From: Macrostomum lignano
Lineage: Eukaryota
Direction: 5' to 3'
DNA length: 64,000 nucleotides
Assembly (NCBI GenBank): GCA_002269645.1
Contig: NIVC01001274.1
Coordinates: forward strand, 62,001 to 126,000
Below the pieces are notes generated by a model. It did not search any database, was not told where the DNA came from, and saw only the letters and a program-made list of their open reading frames with translations. A program made the position numbers and the translations under genes. Below, one piece after another: positions 61,705 through 64,000 of the stretch; within the stretch, counting starts at the first letter, position 1; each line of letters begins with the position of its first letter.

Positions 61705-63128
61705 TGCACAGACGTCACTACTATTTGTCAGTTGTCATTGACTAATTCAGAGACATGTCAATAACTAATAAATATAGATAATTCTTTATGTTTATCCAGT
61801 TCAGTGCATATATATATGAAGCTTTGTGTTGTATACATGTATTCATTAAAACTTTTACTTTCAGTAGTATGAAAAGTGGCGTTAGAGTTTTATTTCAAGA
61901 ATTGTATCAAATATTTTTGCAGCATATTTTTAGCAAGTTCGCAGTTTATGGGAATATGTCTGTAGCAAGCTAAAAGAAACTACAACTAAAAGCCAACAAG
62001 CATGGAACCATGGGGGCAACTGCAAATTATAGCCAATTACAAAGCTCCTCGGGGGATCGAAGCATCCAGGCAGACGCTGCTGCATCTCCAGCCTCGAAAT
62101 GAAATTTTGCTTTTGGCTCCTTATATTTTTGGCTATAGGCTTTATACCGCAGAGGCGCCCTGTGGCCTGTCATCGCTGAAGGGGGAGGGGTGGGTTGCAG
62201 GGGTGGGTAGTGAAAAGAACGGTTCGTCTGCAAAGAACGCGATGCTGCTGCATTTTTTTACGTGACTTTGCCGCACACAGCAGCAGCAACGCCATACCAG
62301 ACTAGCATATATGCACGCATGCATACCTACCCACACATATGGGCATCTAAAGCGCTTCGAAAGTTCCGTTGACTTTCTGTGAACGCATGCATGTAATGGT
62401 ATTTGGTTTAGCTATAATACATTTTGCTATAATGACACTAATATATAACAGCCTGTACGAATGCTTGCAGTGCAACTTAAATATTACAACAGTTGCATAT
62501 TAAAAGACCCTAAGTTTTCCTTTAAATCATGGTCCAGCTAAATTATTTTACCTCAAGGGCCTGCAAGGTAGAGAATCTAGCGCATAACTGCGGGGAGAGA
62601 GAAGAGATAATAGAGAAGAGAGATGAGATATGGGAGAAAGGAGAGGCAAGAAAATAAAGAAGGGAGAGTAGAAAGAGAAGAGGAAGAGAGGAGATTAAGA
62701 GAAAAAGGGAGCTGAGAAGGGACCACTAACTCGAATTTTAAAGTTTAAAGTGAAGTTTAAAAGAACCCGAGGACCGAATAGACAGGCTTAGCGGGCCGTA
62801 AGCGACCCACCGGTCGACCCTGCCGACCCCTGCTTTAAATAATTGGTTTGTGCATTAAGTGGGCTCCCGTATTGGACATAAGCCATAAATCACAAATATC
62901 AATGCTAATTTATAAATGTTTTTATAATCTATAACAGTTTCGCTGTGCACTTTTAAGTAAATGCGGTTTGCGGTGGGGTGGTGGGTGTGTGGCCATTTGA
63001 TCCCCCACACCCACCCTCTCCGCGGACGCGGCCGTGACCTACTTAGGGTCGGTAGGTGTGTGACCATTTTAATTGGAAGGGCCGCAACCATAAGGAGCAC
63101 CGACATTCGGTGTCTTGATAAGCACTCG

Positions 63129-64000
63129 TGGTTCTTGGTGGGCGCCCCTGTCTCTTGGTTGGCGCCCCTGCCTCTTGGTGGGCGCCCCTGTCTCCTGGTT
63201 GGCGCCCCTGTCTCTTGGTGGGCCCCCCTCCTGGTTGGCGCCCATGTCTCCTGGTTGGCGCCCCTGTCTCTTGGTTGGCGCCCCTGTCTCCTGGTTGGCG
63301 CCCCTGTCTCCTGGTTGGCGCCCCTGTCTCTTGGTTGGCGCCCCTGTCTCTTGGTTGGCGCCCCTGTCTCTTGGTTGGCACCCCTGTCTCCTGGTTGGCG
63401 CCCCTGTCTCCTGGTGGGCGCCCCTGTCTCTTGGTTGGCGCCCCTGTCTCCTGGTTGGCGCCCCTGTCTCTTGGTTGGCGCCCCTGTCTCCTGGTTGGCG
63501 CCCCTGTCTCTTGGTTGGCACCCCTGTCTCTTGGTTGGCGCCCCTGTCTCTTGGTTGGCGCCCCTGGATCTTGGTGGGCGCCCCTGTCTCCTGGTTGGCG
63601 CCCCTCCTGGTTGGCGTCCCTGTCTCCTGGTTGGCGCCCCTCCTGATTGGCGCCCCTCCTGGTTGGCGCCCCTCCTGGTTGGCGCCCCTGTCTCCTGGTG
63701 GGCGCCCCTGTCTCCTGGTGGGCGCCCCTGTCTCCTGGTTGGCGCCCCTCCTGATTGGCGCCCCTCCTGGTTGGCGCCCCTCCTGGTTGGCGCCCCTGTC
63801 TCCTGGTGGGCGCCCCTGTCTCCTGGTGGGCGCCCCTGTCTCCTGGTGGGCGCCCCTGTCTCCTGGTGGGCGCCCCTGTCTCCTGGTGGGAGCCCCTGTC
63901 TCCTGGTGGGCGCCCCTGTCTCCTGGTGGGCGCCCCTGTCTCCTGGTTGGCGCCCCTCCTGATTGGCGCCCCTCCTGGTTGGCGCCCCTCCTGGTTGGCG
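63129..64000. repeat. 20-bp minisatellite (with 15-bp variants), runs off the window
   Basis: Unit GGCGCCCCTGTCTCYTGGTK; same family as 24668-24969. Confidence 0.96.

Noticed and set aside
62961-63962. 333-aa ORF and overlapping frames
   Set aside because: Mostly the 20-bp minisatellite.

Overview
Eukaryotic genomic DNA (GT-AG introns, polyQ-rich proteins, dense minisatellites); the style suggests a free-living flatworm such as Macrostomum, but that is inference only. Six host genes can be reconstructed: a PAN/apple plus glycine-rich (ALK/LTK-type) protein, a SUR1/OCH1-type GT32 glycosyltransferase, an intronless RA-RA-PDZ protein, a TMEM151 homologue, peroxisomal ABCD3/PMP70, and a collagen-C1q protein. 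Mobile DNA comprises a full-length LOA-clade LINE (865-6757, 12-bp TSD), a 5'-truncated relative (about 60545-61704), a decayed RTE-like LINE and several inverted-repeat elements, plus about 20 tandem arrays. Best leads, all from hand reading and not computed: (1) an HDV-like ribozyme fold whose predicted cleavage site is the first base of the LINE; (2) a phase-compatible alternative terminal exon in the C1q gene that would swap the C1q head for a GPI-signal-like tail; (3) an ABCD3 intronic minisatellite that repeats the intron's own 5' splice site about 40 times; (4) a 29-bp array of RFX X-box-like motifs behind ABCD3; (5) a 3' UTR hairpin shared by the two LOA copies.
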